NCBI RefSeq assembly: GCF_963921235.1
Contig: NC_086097.1
Span: 245,832,001-245,896,000, forward strand
Direction: 5' to 3'
DNA from: Mobula hypostoma
Lineage: Eukaryota
DNA length: 64,000 nucleotides
Shown here: positions 1 through 10,256 of the stretch, piece by piece
Position numbering within the stretch: position 1 is the stretch's first letter
Layout: each line of letters starts with the position of its first letter
Program-made: the position numbers and the translations under genes
The notes under the pieces: model-generated
What the model was told of the DNA's origin: nothing
Database searches by the model: none
What the model saw: only the letters and a program-made list of their open reading frames with translations

Positions 1-130
1 CACTCCAAGCTCTCATTACTGTCTTTGCCCTTCATGTCGCACCGTCCAAAAAGAATCCCTGACAGCTCACCGTTTGGTGTTTGGTATTCCTACCCTGAGG
101 AAAAGATTCTGATTGTCTTTATGCCATCTT

Positions 131-330
131 GAAGGAGTTTGTACGTTCCCTCCATGGCCTTGCAGATTTCCTCTGGGTGCTCTGGTTTCCCCCCACAGTC
201 CAAAGATGTACTGGGTCAGTGGGTTAATTGATCTTTGCAAATTGTGCTGTGATTAAATCAGTGGGTTGCTGGGCCATACGGTTCATTCAGAAGGGTGTGT
301 TCCATGACGTATCTCTAACAAATAAATAAA
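131..330 (+). mobile_element. V-SINE/HE1-like SINE (5'-truncated)
   Basis: Central domain ...tttcctctgggtgctctggtttcccccacagtccaaagatgt... and (aaat)n tail. Related copies at ~3435-3590, 8525-8773, 15750-15910, 28270-28480, 35440-35640 and 59450-59790. Confidence 0.65.
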
Positions 331-344
331 TATCATAAGCAAAA

Positions 345-580
345 AAGATCCCATGGTATTACAGGCAAGGTACTAGAATGAGTAGAAGATTGGCTGACTG
401 GCAGGAGGCAAAGAGTGGGAATAAGGGGCGGCTTTTTTGGTTGACTCCTGGTGACTAGAGGTGACCCACAGAGGTCAGTGTTGGGACCACTTCTTTTCAC
501 GTGATATTGTCAGTGATCTGGATGACGGAATTGATGGCTTTGCTGCCACACTTGCTGATGATACAAGATGGGTGGGGTAT
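345..580 (+). mobile_element. CR1 LINE RT fragment (decayed)
   Basis: Homologous to the RT core of other CR1 copies in the window ([10 protein letters not shown] / ADDTK region). Confidence 0.75.
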
Positions 581-721
581 TCTTATTGTATTTCTTCATG
601 GTGTAGCTGATGGAAGACAGTTCACAATTCGATGATTTATTGCATTATTTATGATTATGTTTATTTGCATATGCCTTAAGTGACATTATAAGAGCTGAGG
701 GATTGCAGTAGTATGCAGTAA

Positions 722-1459
<738 letters not shown>

Positions 1460-2079
1460 ACTGTACAGTAATTAGTTTCTTTAATGTTTTATAAAGATAG
1501 TTTACTTTTTTCTTTCTCCATTCTACAGCTACTATTTTCAGTGGACAAACAGCTTCCACATTAACATGCCTGAGAGAAGTAGCAGTTGTTATCAGTGTGT
1601 ACAAGACAACCACTGATCAACAGACCATAAGACATAAGAATATGCCAATTGGCCCCTTTAGTCTTTTTTCACCATTCAAACATGTTCTATGTTTGATTTA
1701 TAGATAGAGCTCACCTTGGGTTAGTAAGTTGTGGGCTACCCAGCACAATCCTCACTGATTTGATTTGGCATAGATGACACATTTCACTGTACAGTACTTT
1801 TCAAAAGTCTTAGGCACATGTATATAGCTAGGGTGCCTAAGACTTTAGCTCTTCTAAGGCGTTTGCTATTCTCGGAGAACCAACAGTTGCACACAAATTG
1901 GATCAACTGGGTATCTCCTGCTGTTGTGGTTCAATCAAATGAAACTTCAGACAAAAAAGGTTAAAATCAGACTGACCAGTCCAAACTTAAAAAGAAATAC
2001 ACAATATTCCTTTTCTGTCTGTCAATTTGTTGTAAGCAATTGTTCTAATCCTCTTTCATTGCGTTTTGATGTTTTACAG

Positions 2080-2349
2080 AAACCTTACGTTTGCAAGATT
2101 CCCGGCTGCACAAAGCGTTACACCGACCCTAGTTCCCTCCGAAAACATGTCAAAACAGTTCATGGACCCGAGGCTCACATCACGAAAAAACAGCGCGGAG
2201 ATATCCACCCGAGGCCCCCGGCACCCCGGGACCCAGCCAACAACTCGCAGTCCAAGTCGCCCGGACAGCAGCAGGCCGAATTGAACAACGCTACCTCAAA
2301 GCGGGAAGAATGTCTACAGGTTAAGGCCATCAAGAAAGAGAAACCAATG
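2080..2349 (+). CDS. GLI3: GLI3 coding exon (zinc finger 5 plus post-finger region)
   Basis: Acceptor gttttacAG|AAA and donor ATG|GTATAT. 270 nt, phase 0/0. Encodes [47 protein letters not shown]...[30 protein letters not shown] and KREECLQVK are GLI3-type rather than GLI1/2. Confidence 0.96.
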
Positions 2350-2658
2350 GTATATGCACATTATTTTCAAAATCAGAAGCGTCACTTGTTACGCCAAGTA
2401 TGACGCAATTTCCTTCCAGCTTATTTGCCCGCTTAGATTCACAGAGTCATAGTAAAGTACAGCACAGAGGCCGCTGCAACCCTCCCCACACTTGCTCCAA
2501 TAATAAACCAAAACCAATTTCAATTACATTAGACCTGTAGTCGCAGGATCGAATAAACCTCTGTTGCTTACTTCCAGTGCAAAAAGCATCTATCCTCACG
2601 AGGAGTCCGCAACCTTATTTAGAGACACTGCACAGTAACTGGCCCTGCTCCCTCTCAG

Positions 2659-3433
2659 CTGTGTTCCCTCTAATCTTCGCAAGTGCCTGTTCCTTCTAAG
2701 CTGCGCGGGTACACAGCTGCGCAGTAACTAAAGTACTCCCGCGCACATAGCCTTTGTTGCCACACAGCTAGAACTTTCTTTTATATAATCTTAGTATCAT
2801 TTTGAAATTATGTGAATATAATTTTGAAATTTATACTAACGTAATTGTGAAATTTTCAAAGTTTTTTAAAGTCTGTCCCGAGCCTTGTGGCCCATCAGGC
2901 CGGTGCTTATGCTGGTTTCTGTGGCCTGAAGTAACTGAGAGTACGAGACTTCCCCCCCCCCCCCCCCGGATAGGACACCAGTCTATCATGAGGTTAACCC
3001 CCAGCATTTGCCGGTACCCATTTTCAGCTGGGTGGACTGGAGCAGTGTGTCGGTAAGCGCCTTGCTCAAAGACATAACACGCTGCCTCGGCCGAGACTTG
3101 AACCCACGACCTTCAGATCGTGAGCCCAACGCCCTAACCACTTGGCCACACACCTGAAGTATTGATGAATATAATCCATAAATTTTCTAAATAATAAACA
3201 TACCACAACTTTTACTTTGAAACATTTTAGTGTTTCAAGTTACAAATTGTATCAATAAATACAGATTGGAAGTCGGTAGCTTAGTGTTAATAAACCTCTG
3301 GCCCATTGAACGCCAGTGCCATCTACAAAAAAAAGCATTTAAAATGCCGTGCAGATTTCAGGCCGTGTAAAAGTTTCCTGCTCAGAGCAATGGTTAGTCC
3401 ACACAGCTGTAAAAAAAATGAGAGGAAATGTTG
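2659..3433. mobile_element. Non-autonomous hAT-type element (copy 1), interrupted by a SINE
   Basis: Collinear with 30006-30639 (tgttccctctaa... cacatagcctttgttgccacacagct ... ctcagagcaatggtt.gtcc.caca.ctgtaaaaaaa). Confidence 0.7.
2871..3154 (-). mobile_element. tRNA-derived SINE
   Basis: Minus strand begins GGTGTGTGGCCAAGTGG (A box) ... GGTTCAAGTC (B box), then ...TTGAGCAAGGCGCTT... and CCACCCAGCTGAAAATGGGTACC. Confidence 0.75.
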
Positions 3434-4566
3434 GAACAGGCCATCCTGCCTAATTACATCCATGTGACCAATTAACCACCTAACTCTTACAGCTTTGAAA
3501 CGTAGGAGGAAACTGGAGCACCCAGAGGAAACCTACAGGGTCATGGGGAGAACGTAGAAACTCCGTACAGACAGCAGTGGAATTCAGCCCAGATCCTTTA
3601 TAAATAAATTAGAACATGGAACATTACACCACGGTACAGGCCCTTCAGCCCACAATGTTGTGCCGTCCAATTAACCTACACTTATGATCAATCAAGCCCT
3701 TCCCTCTGGTGAAACCCTCCACTTTTCTATCATCTAAGTGCCCATCTAAAAGACTCTTAAATGCCCCTAATGTGTCATCGCCTCTGGTAGGGCATTGCAT
3801 GCACCCACCACTCTCTGTGTGATGCTAACTGCTACCCTACCATGCTGTCCCACTGTGTACTGAAAAGTCCCACTGACAGAGAGGTTGCCATGGTCACAGG
3901 GAAATTCCAAAGTCACATAGGGAGGGATGAGATTTAGGAATAGTCCTTAGAAGCCAAAGGGATCTAAAAATATGTATTTGGTATCGGAAAGATCAAGTTT
4001 GACAGAGATCCTGTCTGGGAACAATTAACAATAGGGCAAAGATTCCTTCATAGAGTCACAGCATGGAATCAGGCCCTTCAGCCCATCTGCTTCGTGCTGC
4101 CCACTGCATTTTCCTTGCTAGTCCCAGTTGCCTGTATTCAGCCCGTATCCCTCCATGTACCTATCCAAATGCCCCTTAGATGCTACAGTTGTACCCATCT
4201 CAAACAATTCCTCTGGCAGCTTATTCCTGGTCCTCATGACCCTCTCTGTAAAGAATTCAGTGATGTGTAGATCACTAGCCTTTCAGAAATGGTTTGGAAT
4301 AAACTCAGAGCAGGCATTATTAATATTTAACATGAGTCTGAAATATAATGCATTCTGCAGATTATTAACATGTTCTAAAGGATTTCTGTCAATTTTTTAT
4401 TTGTTTGAGATTTTTTGTTTTTCTTGATTGACATTTACTGATCAGTTATTTTGATTAACTCTGTCCTATATGTAAGTGCTACTAACAGAAAGTAATTGTT
4501 CTCTTTCTTGTTTTCACTAACTTGCTGACATTACTGTCTGGTGCTTTCTTGTTCTGTCTTCCTAAG

Positions 4567-4582
4567 GACAGTGGGTAATAAG
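4567..4582 (+). other. Candidate 16-nt alternative (stop-containing) micro-exon of GLI3
   Basis: Branch-point-like CACTAAC 4515-4521, pyrimidine tract, ctAAG|GACAGTGGGTAATAAG|GTGAGA. Read in phase 0 it gives Asp-Ser-Gly-TAA-TAA. Confidence 0.45.
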
Positions 4583-4858
4583 GTGAGATTTTAATGTCTG
4601 AACCCTTCTCCCACTAACTGACCAATTTGGTTTTGTTATGACTTTAAATTACCCAGCTATGCATTTATGGAATTTTTAAAATTTCATTTCAAAGCTCAAC
4701 TTTATTCACCGTGTACACTTACACGTATTAAGAATTTGCTGTGGTTTTTTGATGGACATGTAATAAAAAAAATTCAACAATTATAAAGAACAAAGAATTA
4801 AATAAAAAATAAAGTTAGAGATTAAAGTTTGGACATGGAGTAAAGCACACTAAATCTG

Positions 4859-4925
4859 CAGTACTCTGCAAAATTCTTAGGCGCATATATATAGTTCGGT
4901 TGTCGAAGACTTTTGCACAGTACTG
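4859..4925. mobile_element. ~67-bp palindromic mini-MITE (Tc1/mariner-like CAGTACTGTGCAAAA..TTAGGC ends); other copies at ~1791-1847, 5332-5396 and ~9680-9785
   Basis: Inverted termini cagtactctgcaaaa / ttttgcacagtactg, repeated four times in the window. Confidence 0.65.
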
Positions 4926-6020
4926 TATTTGTCGTCGTGGAGCAGGGAACATATATGTAAATCTGGAGAGAGCAAAGAATTTTGGGAATGACAAGGGTGG
5001 AGTGCTGCAGGAGGGTTGTGGAAAATTTGGCAGAGAAGGAGAGACGGGGCAGGGGTTGGCCGAGTGCAGACACACACAGCCCTGAGACACCAGGCAAGGT
5101 CATTTGATTACAAACAATAGGTTTATTGATCATTACAGAATGTCTCTTTGGTGATCTCTGCTCCCTCCCCACTCCCTACCCCATTTCCCAGCCATGATTC
5201 CCCTCTCCCTGCCCCCTTCCCACTCTCAGTCCACAATAGAGACCCATATCAGAATCAGGTTTATCATCACTCACGTATGCCATGAAATTCATTTCTGTGG
5301 CAGCAGTTCAGCCCAATATATAAAATTACCACAGTACTGTGCAAAACATTTAGGTGCCCTCGCTATATACGTGCCCCAAGAATTTTGCACAGTTCTGTAA
5401 ATATAAAAGCAATTCTACAAAACACAATGAACAAGTAACTGTTGTATCTACAGACTGATTGTATGTACATAAAGTGACACTATGTGGTGTGGATGTAGTG
5501 GTGGTGGGTGTATGGAAGGGTGGGTTATGGGGTGGAGGTGTTGATCAACCTGATGAGTTGGGGGAAGTAACTGTTTTTGGGTCTACTGGTCCAGGCATGT
5601 GCGCTACATAGCCTCCTCCCCGATGGGAGTGGGACACGAGTTCACGAGTAGGGTGGACGGGCTTTTTCTGGCAACTTTCTGTGTGTCAGACTTACAGCCA
5701 TCCAGTTGTGGCAGGTATCGTGATTTTGTGATTTCTTTCAGATTGTACAAAACCCTCAAACCATCAAAGAGAGAGTTCACACTGTTCCTGTTTATAGATC
5801 AGCAGAACTTGTTAACAGCAGGATTTCAAAGTTCAAAAAGTTGAAAGTAAATTTATTATCAAAGTACATATGTGTCACCAAGCAGAACCTGGAGATTCAT
5901 TTTCTTCCAGGCATTCACGGTAGAACAAAGAAGTACAGTAAATCAATATAAAACTACCAAGACTAATAGCCAATGTGTAAAAGCCGGCAAGCCGTGCAAA
6001 TACAAAAAACAATAAATAAA

Positions 6021-6790
6021 TTAATGAATGAATAAATAAATAGACAGATTTACAGATAGATAAATAGATAGATGATAGACAGATGATAGATTGGCCGACA
6101 GATAAATAGATAGATGATAGGTAGATAGACAGATGATAGATAGATAGACAGATAGAGAGATGATAGATGGATGGATAGATAGACAGATAAATAGATGATA
6201 GGTAGATAGACAGATGATAGGCAGATAGAGAGATGATAGATGGATGGATAGATAGACAGATAAATAGATGATAGGTAGATAGACAGATGATAGATAGATA
6301 GAGAGGATGATAGATAGATGATAGATGGATGGATAGATAGATAGACAGATAAATAGATGATAGGTAGATAGACAGATGATAGATAGATAGAGAGGATGAT
6401 AGATAGATGATAGATGGATGGATAGATAGATAGACAGATAAATAGATGATAGGTAGATAGACAGATGATAGATAGATAGATAGACAGATAAATAGATGAT
6501 AGGTAGATAGACAAATGATAGGCAGATAGAGAGATGATAGATAGGTGATAGTTGGATGGATAGATAGACAGATAAATAGATGATAGGTAGATAGACAGAT
6601 GATAGATAGACAGAGAGATGATAGATGGATGATGGATGGACAGATAGACAGATAAATAGATGATAGGTAGATAGACAGATAATAGATAGATAGACAGATG
6701 ATAGATGGATGGATAGATAGATAGACAGATAAATAGATGATAGATTGATAGATAGATGTACAGATAGATAGATAAATGAATAAATTGGTA
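6021..6790. repeat. Complex (GATA/GACA/GGAT)n microsatellite with higher-order units
   Basis: Directly visible; anchor gacagataaatagatgataggtagatagaca recurs about 7 times. Confidence 0.97.
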
Positions 6791-7011
6791 GATGAATAAT
6801 TAAATCAAACAAACAATCATTAAGTTGTAAAGCCCGTGAACGTGAGTCCATGTTGCGTTCAGTGACCAATTAAGTGTGGTGGTGGGTGAAGTTGTCCAAT
6901 ATATAATTTCACTCTAACGTTTAATGTTGTGATGGTTTTATGATCTAATTGAACTCACTTGTGCGTGTAAGTTCAGGGAACTCAATGGCTTCTTTCCCTG
7001 CCCCTCCACAG

Positions 7012-7339
7012 ACATCTCAGCCAAGCCCTGGTGGTCAGTCTTCGTGCAGCAGTGAACCGTCCCCCTTCAGCGCCCACTCCAACAGTGGGATCGAGCTTAA
7101 TCTGAATAGCGGAGGCAGTGTGGGAGATCTCAGTGCCACTGATGAGGCACCAATCATGGACTCTACAGTATCCACAGCAACCACAGCATTGGGCCTGCAG
7201 GCCCGAAGGAATTTGACAGGGACCAGGTGGATGGAGCAGCTAAAGATGGAGAGGTTGAAACAAGTCAATGGATTCCTTCCCAGAGTCAACGCTGTGCCAG
7301 CTACCAAAAACATCACATTGCCTCCCCTTCCAGGAAATG
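7012..7339 (+). CDS. GLI3: GLI3 penultimate coding exon
   Basis: Polypyrimidine tract then cctccacAG|ACA; donor AAT G|GTAAGG. 328 nt, phase 0/1. Encodes [14 protein letters not shown]...[21 protein letters not shown]...ERLKQVNG..., matching GLI3. Confidence 0.95.
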
Positions 7340-7454
7340 GTAAGGAAAAAACTCAACGGTTTGCAATAAATATATTTACTTTAGAGCATAGAATGTAAAC
7401 AGCACAGTTAGGCTCCTGGGCGTTGTGCCGAACTTTTAACTTACCTGAAGATCA

Positions 7455-7965
7455 AGGCCCTTATCAAAGAAAACGATCTGCTGGCATTGGAGGGAGTCTA
7501 GGGGAGCTTCATAAGAATTATTCTGGGGATAAAAGGGTTAATGTATGAGGAGCATTTGAGACACTGGACCGGTACTCTGGAGCTTAGAAGAATGAGGAGG
7601 AATTGCAGTGAAACTGAATATTGAAAGAACTAAATACAGTGGATGTGAAGAAGATACTTCGTGAAGTGGGTGAGTCTAGGATCACAGGGCACAACCTCCA
7701 AATAGAGGGACATCCATTTAGAACAGAGATGTAAAGGGGTTTTTTCTTAGCTAGAAGCTGGTGAATCTTTGGAATTCATTGCCATAGATGGCTGTGGAGG
7801 CCAAGTCATTTGAGGTGGAGCTTGATAGTTTCTTGATTAGTAGGGTCATCAAAGGTTATGGGGACAAGTCAAGAGAATAGGGTTGAGGGGGATAATAAAA
7901 AACGGAATGGCAGAGCAGACTCGATGGGCCAAATGGTCTAATTCTGTTAATATGTCTTATGGTTA
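7455..7965 (+). mobile_element. CR1 LINE 3' fragment (decayed)
   Basis: Homologous to the ORF2 C-terminus and 3' UTR (gactcgatgggcc.aatgg.ctaattctg...tcttatgg) of other copies. Confidence 0.8.
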
Positions 7966-8524
7966 ATCTAACTCATCCCTCCAACAGAGCCTTCCAATTT
8001 ACTATCATTCATGTGCCTGTATAAAAGTTTCTTAAATGCCCCCAATGTATCTGTCTCTACCACCACCCCGGCAGGGTTTTCCACGCAAAAAAACGTCTCC
8101 CCATATACTTTCCTCTAATCACCTTAAAATTATGCCCCTAAATTTATTTAGAGATTGTTCGTTCATTATGTGCCGTATCGTATGATGTAGATGATCATTG
8201 GTCTTTCCATGACCATCACAGTTCTTGGCAAATTTTTCTGCAAATGTGGTTTGCCATTGCCTTCTCCTGGGCAATGTCTTTACAAGATGGGCGATCCCAG
8301 CCATTATCAATCCTCTTCAAAGATTGTCTGCCTGGCGTCAGTGGTCACCTAACCAGGACTTGTGATATGCACCAGCTGCTCATACGACCATCCACCACCT
8401 GTTCCCGTGGCTTCACGTAACCCTGTTCGGGTGGTCACCTTGCCCAAGGGTGACCTGCAGGGTAGCGGAGGGAAGGAGTGCCTACACCTCCTTTGATAGA
8501 GATGTATCTCCACCTCACCACCCT

Positions 8525-8773
8525 TATTTAGAGATACAGCAAGATAACAAGCCCCTACGGCCCAACAACACCCCACCGCCCTCTTACACCCTTGTGACCA
8601 ATAAACGTACTTACCATACATCTCTGGAACATGGGAGCAAACCAGAGCGTGCGGAGGAATCACACGCAATCACGGGGAGAAAGTACCATCTCCTTATAGG
8701 CAGTGGCGGGAATTGAACCTGGGTCACTGGTGCTGTAAAGCGTTGCTCTAACTACTACGCTACCGTGCTGCCC
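8525..8773 (-). mobile_element. Near full-length V-SINE/HE1-like tRNA SINE
   Basis: Minus strand GGGCAGCACGGTAGCGTAGTAGTT (A box) ... GGTTCAATTCC (B box), then V-domain-like body. Confidence 0.7.
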
Positions 8774-10256
8774 AAATGTTTCTGAAGACACTGCACTGAA
8801 TTATTTCTTATACGTGCAGAGATAAATGGCATATCTGACTATAATCACGGGGTGTTTAATTAAGTTTCAAATTAAAACAGCTCGAGGCAGGGAGAGGAAG
8901 ACATTGTTTTCTTGAAAAGGGAAGCGTCTGGGAAATAATTACAGATTTGATTTGAATTTCATATCTTATTATTTTAAAATCTAAAATGAACAATGATAAA
9001 AGAATGTCAGAATATGACACCAAGTGCCTCAGAACTCATGAGGTCCGCAGACAGAACTTATATCAATGACATGTTGTATTTTTGGCAATTTTTAAATGTT
9101 AGCAATTACAGTGTAAAGAAAACCCAGTCCCTGGGCTCACAACCACAATCACAATCAGGTTTTTTATTACCGACATGTGTCGTGAAATTTGTGGTTTTGT
9201 GGCAGTGATTACAGTGCAATACACAAAAATTACTATAAGTTTCAATAAGAACTAAATCAGACCATAAGACATTGGAGCGATTCAGCCCATCAAGTCTGCT
9301 CCACCACTTGATCATGGCTGATTCATTATCCCTCTCAACCCCATTCTCCTGTCGTCTCCCTGTAACTTCATGCTCCAACTTATCAACCTCCAGCTTAAAT
9401 ACACTCAATGACTTGGCCTCCATAGCAACAAATTCACGAAAGAGACATTCTGTAATGATCAATAAAATAATTGTTTGGAACCATATGCCCTTGCCTTATG
9501 TCTTAGGGCTGGGTGTGCCTACACCCGTGCCACCCCCAACTCCAGCTCTCCTTCTCTGCCATTTGTCCCACTCTCCTCTCGCGGCGCTCCATCTTCACCA
9601 TTCCCAACATCTTTTGCTCCCGCCAGATTTACAAACTCTCTCTCCGCTCCATGTTGACAAATACAGTAATGTGAACAGGTTTTAGGCACCCTTGCTATAT
9701 TATATATAGCAAGGGTGCCTAAAATCTGTTCACATTACTGTATTTGTCAACATATATATATAATGTGCCTAAGACTTCTGCACGGTCCAGAAGGCTGTGG
9801 AGGCCAAGTCTCTGCATGCTTTCAAGAAAGAGATGGATAGAGCTCTTAAAGATAGCGGAATCAAAGGTTATGGGGATAAGGCAGGAACTGGATACTGATT
9901 GTGGATGATCAGCCATGATTACAGCGAATGGCAGTGCTGGCTCGAAGGGCCGAATGGCCTACTCCCGCACCTATTGTCTATTGTCCATTGAATTCCACAG
10001 ATTCACCACCCTCTTGGCTAAAGAAATTCCTCCTCATCTCCATTCTAACTGGACACCCCTCTATTCTGAGGCTGTGCCCTCTGATCCTAGACTCCCCCAC
10101 CATAGGAAGATCCTCTCCACGTCCAGTCTCTCAAGCCCTTTCAACATCCGATGGATTTTAAGATTCTCCCTGCCCCCGCCTTCCATTCTTCTAAATTCTA
10201 AGCAGTACAGGCCCAGAGCCATCAAACACTCCACATATGATAAACCCAGAATTCAT

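Noticed and set aside
3085..3154. tRNA gene on the minus strand (also ~40630-40700, ~8700-8773)
   Set aside because: A/B boxes are present but run straight into SINE bodies; these are SINE heads, not tRNAs.
4762..4813. AATAAA cluster downstream of the candidate micro-exon as an intronic poly(A) site that would let the truncated isoform escape NMD
   Set aside because: It lies in an A-rich segment similar to ~22375-22560, so it is probably repeat-derived, and the micro-exon has a strong donor. Not supportable without 3'-end sequencing.
6021..6869. 282-aa and 154-aa minus-strand ORFs (IYLS-rich)
   Set aside because: Translation artefacts of the GATA microsatellite.
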